From: Treponemataceae bacterium
GTDB lineage: Bacteria; Spirochaetota; Spirochaetia; Treponematales; Rectinemataceae
NCBI GenBank assembly: GCA_963667725.2
Contig: CAXXHO010000003.1
Coordinates: 2,272,001 to 2,336,000 of the forward strand
Length of the DNA stretch: 64,000 bases
Direction: 5' to 3'
The first letter of the stretch is position 1, and the number at the start of each line of letters is the position of its first letter. Made by a program: the position numbers and the translations under genes. The notes below the pieces were generated by a model that had not been told where the DNA came from, ran no database searches, and saw nothing but the letters and a program-made list of their open reading frames with translations. Positions 50,453-59,037 of the stretch are shown in pieces.

Positions 50453-50459
50453 CGGCAAT

Positions 50460-51335
50460 CTAGAAAATCAGCGAATCCAGCCTCTTGTCGTCATGTTTCC
50501 ATGAGGAATCCACGCGTACCTGGAGCCTGAGCTTGACCGTATAATCGAAAATATCCGCGAGGTCGGCCTCGGCTTCCTCGCGGATTTTCTTTATCAGCGA
50601 TCCTCCCTTGCCGATCACGATCCCCTTCTGGCTTTCGCGCTCCACCACGATATCGTAGGAAGCCTCCAGGCCGCCGTCCTCCAGCTTGCGCGAATCGGTG
50701 AACTCGACGAAAAGCGCGTGAGGCAATTCTTCCCTCGTATGCATGATCGCTTTTTCCCTGATGATCTCGGCGATGCGGAAAACCGGTTCCTGGTCCGTGT
50801 AGTACTCTTCGGGATACCAGGTCGGCCCCTCAGCAGCCTTGTCCAGAAGGAAGTCAAGAAGTTCCTCGAGCCCCAGCTTTTCCTTCGCGGAGATCCGCAG
50901 CACGGGAACCTTGGGAAGATGCTCGGCCACGAAAGCTATGGCGCGTTCCGGCAGGGCCTCGGCATCGTCCACCTTGTTCACCACGGCGACAAGAGGAAGC
51001 TTCGAGCCCGCCAGAGCCTTGACCATGGCTTCCTCTTCGGGCCCAGGCTCCCGCGTCGCGTCGATGATGTAGACGACGATGTCGGCGTCGCCCAGGGCGC
51101 GAAGCACGAGATCCCTGAGCCGCAGATTGAGTTTCTTGTCCGAGATATGGAAGCCCGGCGTATCGAGGAAAACAAGCTGGCCAGCCGGCCTGTTCACTAT
51201 GCCGCGGACCGTGTTCATCGTCGTCTGGGGCACCGGCGACACGATCGAGACCTTGGCGCCGCAGAGGGCGTTCAGCAAGGTGGATTTGCCCGAGGAGGGC
51301 CTTCCCACGATCGCCACAAAAGCTGATTTGGACAT
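50460..51335 (-). CDS. era: GTPase Era
   Basis: GRPSSGKST, PQTT, DTPG, NKVD, KH domain IVIGKGG. Confidence 0.95.
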   Translation of the reverse strand: MSKSAFVAIVGRPSSGKSTLLNALCGAKVSIVSPVPQTTMNTVRGIVNRPAGQLVFLDTPGFHISDKKLNLRLRDLVLRALGDADIVVYIIDATREPGPEEEAMVKALAGSKLPLVAVVNKVDDAEALPERAIAFVAEHLPKVPVLRISAKEKLGLEELLDFLLDKAAEGPTWYPEEYYTDQEPVFRIAEIIREKAIMHTREELPHALFVEFTDSRKLEDGGLEASYDIVVERESQKGIVIGKGGSLIKKIREEAEADLADIFDYTVKLRLQVRVDSSWKHDDKRLDSLIF

Positions 51336-51364
51336 TTTTTCTCCCGAATCTCTTCGATTCTCTT

Positions 51365-52870
51365 TCAATAACAACCCTGGGGCGGCATTTCGCCCATCCA
51401 GCGCCTGTACTGACCGGCGGCCTGGTAGCGGAGCATCTTGTAGCCGTTCGAAACCCTGCAGCCCGCCTGCTCCGCCCTCGTGACCAAAACCGTCTTCACT
51501 GGTCTGTAGATGAGGTCAAAAACCATTTCATGACCGTCGAACTCATAGAACTCGAGGGGATCGCCCGGGATTCCGCCCGTCATGCCCACGCTCGTCGCCT
51601 GGATGATCAGATCCGAAAAGTTGCTCACGACATCGATGGACCTGTCGTCGAGAGGACCCCATATAAAACCGTATTTCCTCGCGAGGGCCCTCGCGGTCGA
51701 AATCGTCCGGTTGAGGATCACGCAGGCGGCTCCCCTGCGGTGAAGCGAAAGCGCCACCGACTTGGCCGCTCCGCCCGCGCCGATCAAAGTCACCTTCATG
51801 CCCTTGAAATCCTCCCTGCCCAGAAACTCGAGGGCGCTGAGCTCGAAGCCATCGGCGTCGGTATTGTAGCCGGCCCATCCCCCGCCGCTCGTGATGAGCG
51901 TATTGCAGGCGCCAATCCGCTGCACGTCGGTGGACTCGAAGGAAAGGTAAGGCAGGACGTCTTCCTTGAGAGGGACGGTGATGGCGGCTCCCTTAATGCC
52001 AAGAAGCTTCATGTTATTGAGCGCGGACTCTATCGATTCCGAAGGCAGAGGAAATAGCAGAGCGTCTTTCCCCATGGTCCTGAAAGCGGTGTTGTGGAGA
52101 GCTGGCGAAAGCGAATTCAGGATGCTCTTTCCGCCGAGCAGGGCGTAGAGTGTCGTATCCTTCCCCGTTTCCTTTCCGCGGTAGGTATCGATGAAGGCTT
52201 CAGGCGTGGTCTCCCCCGGGCCGGCGAAAGGCATGTCGGCCAAGCCAAGGCTGGTATAGGTGAAGAGCGAACCAAGGCTCTGGGCGAGGACTCTGGTGGC
52301 CAGCCCGTATTCCCCCATGCCGATGATGAGCCGCTCCCGGGGAGGAAGCCCGATCATCCAGGCAAGAAGCCGGTACAAATCGGAAGCGTTACGCGGCGTC
52401 ACGGCCAGTTTGGGGATTTCGTCATCTTCCTCGGCGAGGGGCTCCCAGGCGGCGTCGAGATCGTCGGGCATGCCGTCGAGGTAATGCCGCGAACGGATGA
52501 TCCTCGTGCCGAAGGTGCGGCAGGCTTCCTCTATCGCCGTCATATGAAAATCTTCCTCGAGATCCACATAGGCGAAATTGGCGCTCGTGTCGGAGCGGGC
52601 ATAGGAGAGAGCCTTCGCGATCATGACGAGGCGAACCCCCTCGCCTTCCTCGAAGTAACCGCCGTCGCTACGCCTTCGCACCGTCAGGATGCAGGGCAGA
52701 CCAGCCTTTTCGGGAAATGATCGCAGGAGAAATTTTTCCGAAGGATCGAGACAGTCGGCTCTCAGTTCGACAAGATCGACGCTCGCGCGATGGGCATCGA
52801 GGGCCGCGAGATCGGCCTCGATCGTTTTACCGGTGAGACAGAGGCAAACCGGAAAAGATTCCAACGACAT
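51365..52870 (-). CDS. aroE: Bifunctional type I 3-dehydroquinate dehydratase / shikimate dehydrogenase
   Basis: ELRAD, IPKLA, GMG..G..TR (AroD); SLSPALHN, TVPLKE, GACNT, NTD, GAGGAA (AroE). Confidence 0.88.
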   Translation of the reverse strand: MSLESFPVCLCLTGKTIEADLAALDAHRASVDLVELRADCLDPSEKFLLRSFPEKAGLPCILTVRRRSDGGYFEEGEGVRLVMIAKALSYARSDTSANFAYVDLEEDFHMTAIEEACRTFGTRIIRSRHYLDGMPDDLDAAWEPLAEEDDEIPKLAVTPRNASDLYRLLAWMIGLPPRERLIIGMGEYGLATRVLAQSLGSLFTYTSLGLADMPFAGPGETTPEAFIDTYRGKETGKDTTLYALLGGKSILNSLSPALHNTAFRTMGKDALLFPLPSESIESALNNMKLLGIKGAAITVPLKEDVLPYLSFESTDVQRIGACNTLITSGGGWAGYNTDADGFELSALEFLGREDFKGMKVTLIGAGGAAKSVALSLHRRGAACVILNRTISTARALARKYGFIWGPLDDRSIDVVSNFSDLIIQATSVGMTGGIPGDPLEFYEFDGHEMVFDLIYRPVKTVLVTRAEQAGCRVSNGYKMLRYQAAGQYRRWMGEMPPQGCY

Positions 52871-53088
52871 GCAATACTTCCTTTCTGATATCGGCCGGAA
52901 TTTCCTGGTTCGGGGCCGTTATCCCAATGCTCTCGTTCATTCTACTCCATAGGCGCCGCCGCCGGCTACCGCTCGATTCCGGCGGCGCGGCGCTTTAAAT
53001 CTCCGGAAATCCCCGCTTATCTGCTTGTCCTGATTGTATCTTTGCTGCACAATGTATCCACTTCGCGTCACGGTTTAAGGAGAACCAT

Positions 53089-53694
53089 GTGCCAACTGAA
53101 TCAGCACCGAACAAAATACCCGAGGAAGCCCTGAACGCTTTCCTCGACGGCATCCTCGAAGAACTCAAGTCTCCGCCCGACCCCGCCATTCTCACAAAGG
53201 TACGGTCGATTTTCCGGAAGCGCATCCCTCTCAATATGCGCTCCTACGCGGCGGCCCTTCTCATCCTGCGAGCCGCGGGAATAACGAGGAATCAGCCTCC
53301 AAAGACCATCGCCGCTTCCGCCAAAGCGCTGAGGGAATCCACGCCTCCGCGAGCGCCCAAGCCCGCGACGCCGGCAGACCTCGCCGAGAAGGCGAAGCCT
53401 ATCATCCGGAAAAACGCCGAAGGCATGGTGCCCCTCTTCGTATCGATGGGAAAACGCCAGCGCCTCCGCCCCCAGGAACTGAGAACCCTCATCAGCGAAA
53501 AGACAGGTCTCACCAACGACGAACTCGGCAGGGTCCATCTCTTCGACAATTATTCCTTCATCGATGTTCCCGAAATCCACGCGGAAAAAATCATCGGAGC
53601 CTGCGACGGATCGAACTTCAAGAACAGGACGATAGAGATCAAACCGGCTAAAAAGCGCGGCGACCAACCCGAGGAAAAGGAACAGAAAGAGTGA
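53089..53694 (+). CDS. Stand-alone DbpA RNA-binding-domain protein
   Basis: C-terminal LFVSMGKR...P, G.V..FDNYSF.DV RBD pattern; no helicase motifs; AAGGAG RBS, GTG start. Confidence 0.78.
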   Translation: MPTESAPNKIPEEALNAFLDGILEELKSPPDPAILTKVRSIFRKRIPLNMRSYAAALLILRAAGITRNQPPKTIAASAKALRESTPPRAPKPATPADLAEKAKPIIRKNAEGMVPLFVSMGKRQRLRPQELRTLISEKTGLTNDELGRVHLFDNYSFIDVPEIHAEKIIGACDGSNFKNRTIEIKPAKKRGDQPEEKEQKE

Positions 53695-54335
53695 TTTCTC
53701 GCATCGAGCGCCTCCGCGTCGGACCTATCGGCGAAAATGTCTATGCCGTACAGACGAAGGAAAGCGGTTTCCTTGTCGATCCCGGCGACGATCCCGAGGC
53801 GATTATACGGTTCCTGTCCGAAAAGGAAATCAAGATTTCATTCATTGTCCTCACCCACGGTCATCTGGACCACACGGCGGCGATTCCCGAACTCATGGAC
53901 GCATGGAGCGGGGATCTTCCCGGGATAGCCATCCACAGTCTTGACGCGGTTTACTTGGGCGACAGGGGCGAGGAAACAAATCGCGTCCTTTTCGACACCA
54001 TCGGCGTGCCAAGCTTTTTTCATGGCTACTGGAAGAAACTGCCCGAGCCGACTCTCCTGCTTTCCGAGGGCGACACGATACCGGGAACAGGCTTCCGGGT
54101 ACTGCATACGCCTGGGCACAGCGCCGGTTCCATTTGCCTTCACGACAGCGACTCGGGCCAACTCATTTCGGGAGATACGCTTTTCAGGGATGGAGTCGGA
54201 CGGACCGACGGACCGGATTCGGATCCTGTCGCCCTGAGAAAAAGCCTCGAGCGGCTCGCACTGCTCCCCCCCGAGACCGTCGTTTTCCCCGGCCACGGCC
54301 CGCGCACCACGATAGGCCGGGAACTGTCTCGCTGA
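53691..54335 (+). CDS. MBL-fold metallo-hydrolase (glyoxalase II-like)
   Basis: THGHLDH, HTPGHSAG, SGDTLF..GVGRTD, PGHG. Confidence 0.92.
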   Translation: MISRIERLRVGPIGENVYAVQTKESGFLVDPGDDPEAIIRFLSEKEIKISFIVLTHGHLDHTAAIPELMDAWSGDLPGIAIHSLDAVYLGDRGEETNRVLFDTIGVPSFFHGYWKKLPEPTLLLSEGDTIPGTGFRVLHTPGHSAGSICLHDSDSGQLISGDTLFRDGVGRTDGPDSDPVALRKSLERLALLPPETVVFPGHGPRTTIGRELSR

Positions 54336-54364
54336 GACAGTCCATCATTGAAGAGGTACATAGC

Positions 54365-55381
54365 ATGAAAGGTTTCCTTGTCGCGGCGATGGCCGTCATT
54401 CTTTTTTCGGCCTGCGCTCCCGCCGCCCAAAGCGAAATAACCCGCACCGATTTCGTGCTGGGAACGGTCTGCTCGGTAAGGCTCATCGAAGGCGGCTCGA
54501 AGAAAACCACCGACGAGATTTTCCAGCGGCTTGCCGAGATTGAAAACAGAATGAGCGCCAACAAGGACGGCACCGAGATCGCCGCCATCAACGATGCGGC
54601 GGGCAAGGAAGCCATCAAAGTGTCCGAGGACACTTTCTACGTCATCTCCAAAGGCATCGAATACGCGAAACTTTCGCAGGGGATGTTCGACATCTCCGTC
54701 GGCCCGCTTTCCAAACTATGGAACATTGGCACCGATTATGCCGCCGTGCCGCCGAACAGCGAGATCGCCTCAGCCCTGAAACTCATCGATTACAGAAAAA
54801 TCGAACTCGACGCGAAGAACTTCGAGGTCAGGTTGGCGACGGCTGGAATGCGGCTGGATTTGGGAGCGATCGCGAAGGGATATTCGGCCGACGAAGTGGC
54901 GAGAATCCTGGCTAAACATAGAGTGAAGGCCGCCGTCGTGGACTTAGGTGGCAATGTCCTCGTCTACGGCAGGAAAAAAGACGGCTCGGCCTGGCGCGTC
55001 GGCGTCCAGGACCCCCGCTCGGAAAGAGGCGACTATCTCGGCCTCGTCACGGGAACGGCCATGACCGTCGTGACATCGGGCATCTACGAGCGCTTCTTCA
55101 TCGAAGACGGCAAGCATTACCATCATATTCTGAGCCCCAAGACAGGCTTTCCCGTCAACAACGGCCTCGTCTCGGTATCCATCATCGCCGAAAAGAGCAT
55201 CGACGCCGACGCGCTTTCGACATCGGTCTTTGCCCTGGGTCTGGAAAAGGGCATGGCCCTCGTAAAAAGCCTGCCTGGAATCCACGCCATTTTCATCGAC
55301 GATGAGAACAAGGTATATCTCAGCCCGGGGACGAACAAGATTTTCAGTCTATCGAATTCGGCCTATACGTTGAGCGATTGA
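54365..55381 (+). CDS. apbE: FAD:protein FMN transferase lipoprotein (ApbE/Ftp)
   Basis: Lipobox FSAC, FDISVGPL..LW, DLGAIAKGY, DLGGN, TSG.YER, HHIL.P.TG, ADALST. Confidence 0.95.
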   Translation: MKGFLVAAMAVILFSACAPAAQSEITRTDFVLGTVCSVRLIEGGSKKTTDEIFQRLAEIENRMSANKDGTEIAAINDAAGKEAIKVSEDTFYVISKGIEYAKLSQGMFDISVGPLSKLWNIGTDYAAVPPNSEIASALKLIDYRKIELDAKNFEVRLATAGMRLDLGAIAKGYSADEVARILAKHRVKAAVVDLGGNVLVYGRKKDGSAWRVGVQDPRSERGDYLGLVTGTAMTVVTSGIYERFFIEDGKHYHHILSPKTGFPVNNGLVSVSIIAEKSIDADALSTSVFALGLEKGMALVKSLPGIHAIFIDDENKVYLSPGTNKIFSLSNSAYTLSD

Positions 55382-56292
55382 ACCTCAGAGGCTTTTTCGG
55401 CCAGGGGCCTCGGCTCCAGGGCGATCAGCTTCAGTTTCAGGAAACACCAGGGGCCCCCGTAGGCGACCCAGAAACCGATGATGCCGTAGCGCAGAAAACG
55501 GATCAGCGGTTGCTGGGTACCGAGGGATTCGCCCAGAATCAGCTTGGGCCCAAGATAGAGAACGACGAGTCCGACAATGCCCACGACATAGCGGGTGATT
55601 TTTTGCGTCAGCGCGCCGCCGGCCTTGAAGCGGAGATTCTTGCTGGCCAGGGCGAAGCCGGCGGCGCTTCCGAAGAAAGCCCCCGAGAGAAGCGTGTCGG
55701 AGGGCATGAGCAGATTCATCAGAAGCGAGACGGCCGAAACGGCTACTAGCCTTTGCCGGAGATTCAACTTGCCGAGCGCGCTTTCGATCCTGGCGCTGAA
55801 ACCGTAGTATAATCCGAGGACTATTCCCCCGAGCAGCCAACCGCCCAGAAGATCGGTGGGAAAATGGACGCCGAGATACAGCCGGGAAAGCCCGACAACG
55901 AGGGGAAGCGTCAGGACGAGAAAGATGCCGACAACCCGCGGAAGAAGGGGCATCATGGCTCCCCAGAAGGTAATGCTCATCTGCGCATGTCCGGAGGGCA
56001 GGCCGAAGGTGTTTTCCCGGAGAAGACCGACTGTAGAATCAAAATCATAGGGGCGGGGCTGTTTGAAGAGGATTTTGCACCAAAGATTGAGGAAAGCGGA
56101 AAATAAAACCGCTATGCCTATCCGGGCGCCTTTTTTCCTATCTACGCACCAGTAGATGAGAGGAAGCGCGGCAAGCGCGAAAAATTCAGACCCCAAAATA
56201 GTGACCATCCGCATCGGCACCAACATGGCAGGACCGAAAAAATTCTGCACGCCCCGGACAAAATCCAATCCCCACGATAATACTGGGCTCAC
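55363..56292 (-). CDS. PAP2 family membrane phosphatase
   Basis: K.....PRP, PSGH, SRLYLGVHFPTD. Confidence 0.9.
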   Translation of the reverse strand: MSPVLSWGLDFVRGVQNFFGPAMLVPMRMVTILGSEFFALAALPLIYWCVDRKKGARIGIAVLFSAFLNLWCKILFKQPRPYDFDSTVGLLRENTFGLPSGHAQMSITFWGAMMPLLPRVVGIFLVLTLPLVVGLSRLYLGVHFPTDLLGGWLLGGIVLGLYYGFSARIESALGKLNLRQRLVAVSAVSLLMNLLMPSDTLLSGAFFGSAAGFALASKNLRFKAGGALTQKITRYVVGIVGLVVLYLGPKLILGESLGTQQPLIRFLRYGIIGFWVAYGGPWCFLKLKLIALEPRPLAEKASEVQSLNV

Positions 56293-56476
56293 CGCTGCAC
56301 TCTCCCCCGGATCGGCTTTCGCGTAGTACGCTGAAATATTATTTTAAACGCTGGAACGGCGGGCCGCAAGCCAATACTTTGCTTCCTGGCTCAACTTTTT
56401 GGGATTATCGCGCGGTAAGATCGAAATATCGTCTATATTGACTAGGCCTGGTTATTATAGTACAAGTTTCCCCTGA

Positions 56477-56559
56477 GCCGGCATGGTGAAATGGCATACA
56501 CGGTAGACTCAAAATCTGCTGCTCGCGAGGGCGTGTGGGTTCAAGTCCCACTGCCGGCA
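56477..56559 (+). tRNA. tRNA-Leu(CAA); CCA end not encoded
   Basis: Acceptor GCCGGCA/TGCCGGC+A, anticodon arm GTAGA-CT-CAA-AA-TCTGC, long variable arm, T-arm GTGGG-TTCAAGT-CCCAC. Confidence 0.95.
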
Positions 56560-56564
56560 TAAGG

Positions 56565-56600
56565 GCTGTCTGCCGTACATCGGCAGACAGCTTTTTTTTT
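56565..56600 (+). terminator. Intrinsic terminator of tRNA-Leu
   Basis: GCTGTCTGCCG-TACAT-CGGCAGACAGC followed by T9. Confidence 0.92.
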
Positions 56601-56610
56601 ACGAATCGAT

Positions 56611-56706
56611 GACAGGACAACATGACCTGCAGGATCCACAGGCAGGACCCACGAGCCCTGCTTCGGATTGTATCCCGTATATCATGAAAATCCTGTCGTC
56701 CTGTCC
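56611..56706. repeat. About 95-bp element bounded by imperfect GACAGGAC/GTCCTGTC inverted repeats (REP/MITE-like)
   Basis: Left end GACAGGACAACATGAC vs reverse complement of right end GACAGGACGACAGGAT; related to 14127-14163. Confidence 0.5.
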
Positions 56707-56725
56707 AGCTATAAAATCCAGCTAT

Positions 56726-56762
56726 AAAAAGGGCCAGCCAGGAATCGCTTCCCAGCTGGCCC
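56726..56762 (-). terminator. Intrinsic terminator of the secreted flavoprotein gene
   Basis: Minus strand GGGCCAGC..loop..GCTGGCCC-TTTTT. Confidence 0.7.
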
Positions 56763-56815
56763 ATTCATCCACATCGCGACGAATTCAGCGAAGGCTGTTA
56801 GCCTCCGCCCCTGGA

Positions 56816-57691
56816 TTAGAAATTCACCAGGGCGTCAGCGATCGCCATTTTATAAGCGGTCTGGAGTTCCAGCGAATAGTGCTGGAAATCGGAATAGGTG
56901 GCGCCGGTAACGGCGTCGGCGACGACGTACACGCTGTCTTCGGCGGCGACATAATCGGCGGCCTTGGCATTTGCATCGACGTCCTTGTTCTCGAGAACGG
57001 CAATCCTGACCTTCTGGATCTTGGCGGCGCCGAAGTCCGCGGCGGGATTGGCCTTGAAGAAGTCGAGGGTGGCCGCGTAGTTATAGCGGTAGCCAATGGA
57101 ATCCTTGGTGAGGGGCATGTAGGTCGCGTTCTTGTCGGCCTTGTTCATGGCGCCGTAGTGAACGGTTTCGGAAGCCTTCTTGCCGACGATGACTTTGGTG
57201 CCGTCGATTTTCACGTTGACGAGCTTGTCTTCCCTGGCGGCTTTCACATAAGCGGCAGCCCTGAGGGGATTGGACATGAGTCCTTCGAAATCGCGTTCAT
57301 ACTGGCGGGCGGGACGCGCGAAACCCTTGGCGCCGGGGGTGAACTGCGACCATACGCCAGGACCGCCCTGCACCTGATTCCAGATATAGAACATATAGCC
57401 CTTGATCTCGGGATCGCTGCTCGTGAGATTGGCGAAGGGATCGGGAGCGCGGACAACGGCGCCATCGACGATGGATTTGCCGTCCGCCGAATTGTTCTCG
57501 GCCCAGCCGCCCGGACCCTGCCACTCTTCGAGAGAGGCCGACAGCACTTCGCCGGATTTTCCGACCGAGACCGTGGCCGCGCCGACATAACCGCCCTGAT
57601 GGGCCACGAAGTATTTGGTGGCGGTCTGCGCAAAGGCGACTGATCCCACGAGAGCAAATACTGCGAGGAATGCAATGAGTTTACGGTTCAT
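56816..57691 (-). CDS. Secreted (periplasmic) protein with FMN-binding/flavinylation motif
   Basis: SPase I signal (..VAFA|Q); N-terminal GY...ATVSV...GEV..ASLEE pattern; C-terminal DAVTGATYS; AGGAGG RBS. Confidence 0.65.
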   Translation of the reverse strand: MNRKLIAFLAVFALVGSVAFAQTATKYFVAHQGGYVGAATVSVGKSGEVLSASLEEWQGPGGWAENNSADGKSIVDGAVVRAPDPFANLTSSDPEIKGYMFYIWNQVQGGPGVWSQFTPGAKGFARPARQYERDFEGLMSNPLRAAAYVKAAREDKLVNVKIDGTKVIVGKKASETVHYGAMNKADKNATYMPLTKDSIGYRYNYAATLDFFKANPAADFGAAKIQKVRIAVLENKDVDANAKAADYVAAEDSVYVVADAVTGATYSDFQHYSLELQTAYKMAIADALVNF

Positions 57692-57835
57692 TCAATTTCC
57701 CTCCTACAGACTTCGCCCTACCACAAGGTAGGGTCGAAGTAGATAATATAGTATATATACCTTTCTGACAATATACAAAAAGCTGAATTTTATCGATAAT
57801 TTTCTAGCGATAAAGCTCAGCCCAGGAAAGATCTG

Positions 57836-58975
57836 TCAGAAATGCAGGAGGAAGGTAATATTCCAGAAGAAACGCTCCCCGCCCGGGGTATAGAGGGCAT
57901 AGAGGGGATCGTCCACCGGGAACTTATAGCCAGCGCGCGCTCCTATCTGGGCGAAATCGAATACGTTGATGGCGGCGCCCGCTCCGGCCGAGAATATCAA
58001 TCCGTTTTTGTCGCCGCCCGTGGCCGCGTCGGGGCATTTGTAGAGTCCGTCGAAATAGCCGGCGTCCCCGAACAGATAGGCCATGGGCCTCAGGCCGGCG
58101 AGGCCGAAGAGTCCGGGTCCAATGAAGCGCAGGTCGAAGCTGGCCTCGGCCTTGGTGGTCGCCTCGTAGCCCCAGGTGCGGTATCCGCGTATGGAATCGC
58201 CCAGACCGTCGCGTATGGCGCGGCCGCCGAAGCTCGTGAGGACGTAGAGGGGGATATTCGATCCGCCGGCGTAATCGCCGGTGAGATAGCCCGCGGCAAA
58301 TATCGAGACGGCGTCCAGATCGCTCTTTCCGGAGGAGAAGAGGGGCAGATAGCCTTCGATGGTGGCCGTGGCTCTATAGAAGTCGGTATCCCCGGAAAAG
58401 GCGAGGGCCGCGGGCGCGTACTCGAAGGAAATTTCGCCGGCGTACCCGCTCTTGAGGCGGCTGGGGCTTTTCTCCACCGCGTCGACGCCGATGCCGCCCA
58501 GGAATGATACGGAGAGCAGGCCTTGAGCGTCGGGGAAATATGCCGTCGAGAGGTCGGCCGAGTTGCTTTCCCATCGTCCTCTCGCCAGGCCGAAGAGCTC
58601 GACCTTGGGGCCGACGTCGCCTGGAAGCAGACGATAGAGGATGCCCGTATCCACTTCGGCGTTCGGCCAGTGGAACCAGTACGGATCGGGAAAGGAGGCC
58701 GGTTTCGCGATGGGGCTTCCGTCGCTGTCGTCGCGAAGGATGAGTCTATCCTCAAAGCCGCCCGCCAGCCTGATGGTGTAAAGGAGGCTGTCTCCCAAGA
58801 CGGGGAACCGCAGTTCGATGTCGGCGCCCGTCGGCACGGGAAGGAAGCCCAGCAAGGCTCCGTTGAACCTGACTCCGTTGAGCGTGAATTCCATGCCCGC
58901 CGCCCCGGCTGACAGGGGGGCTCCAACCAGACAACACAGCGCGATAACCACGGCGATAAGCCTTCTGGTCTTCAT
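57836..58975 (-). CDS. Outer-membrane beta-barrel, Omp85/BamA-TamA-like, apparently without POTRA domains
   Basis: Signal peptide, alternating amphipathic strands, IRGY loop motif, F.DAG, terminal Phe; GGAGG RBS. Confidence 0.6.
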   Translation of the reverse strand: MKTRRLIAVVIALCCLVGAPLSAGAAGMEFTLNGVRFNGALLGFLPVPTGADIELRFPVLGDSLLYTIRLAGGFEDRLILRDDSDGSPIAKPASFPDPYWFHWPNAEVDTGILYRLLPGDVGPKVELFGLARGRWESNSADLSTAYFPDAQGLLSVSFLGGIGVDAVEKSPSRLKSGYAGEISFEYAPAALAFSGDTDFYRATATIEGYLPLFSSGKSDLDAVSIFAAGYLTGDYAGGSNIPLYVLTSFGGRAIRDGLGDSIRGYRTWGYEATTKAEASFDLRFIGPGLFGLAGLRPMAYLFGDAGYFDGLYKCPDAATGGDKNGLIFSAGAGAAINVFDFAQIGARAGYKFPVDDPLYALYTPGGERFFWNITFLLHF

Positions 58976-59037
58976 CAATGCCTCCAATTTTCGGTCCTGC
59001 TTGCCAAACCTATCATAGATCATTATATATTTCAAAC

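Noticed and set aside
51365..52870. AroD-AroE fusion as a novelty
   Set aside because: Bifunctional DHQase/shikimate dehydrogenase fusions are already known in several bacterial phyla and in plants
52952..52993. GC-rich hairpin sharing GGCGCCGCCG with 50428-50452, considered as a REP family
   Set aside because: Low-complexity GC words are expected by chance at this base composition
56477..56815. tRNA-Leu as an integration site for an island
   Set aside because: No integrase and no duplicated tRNA 3' end seen in the window
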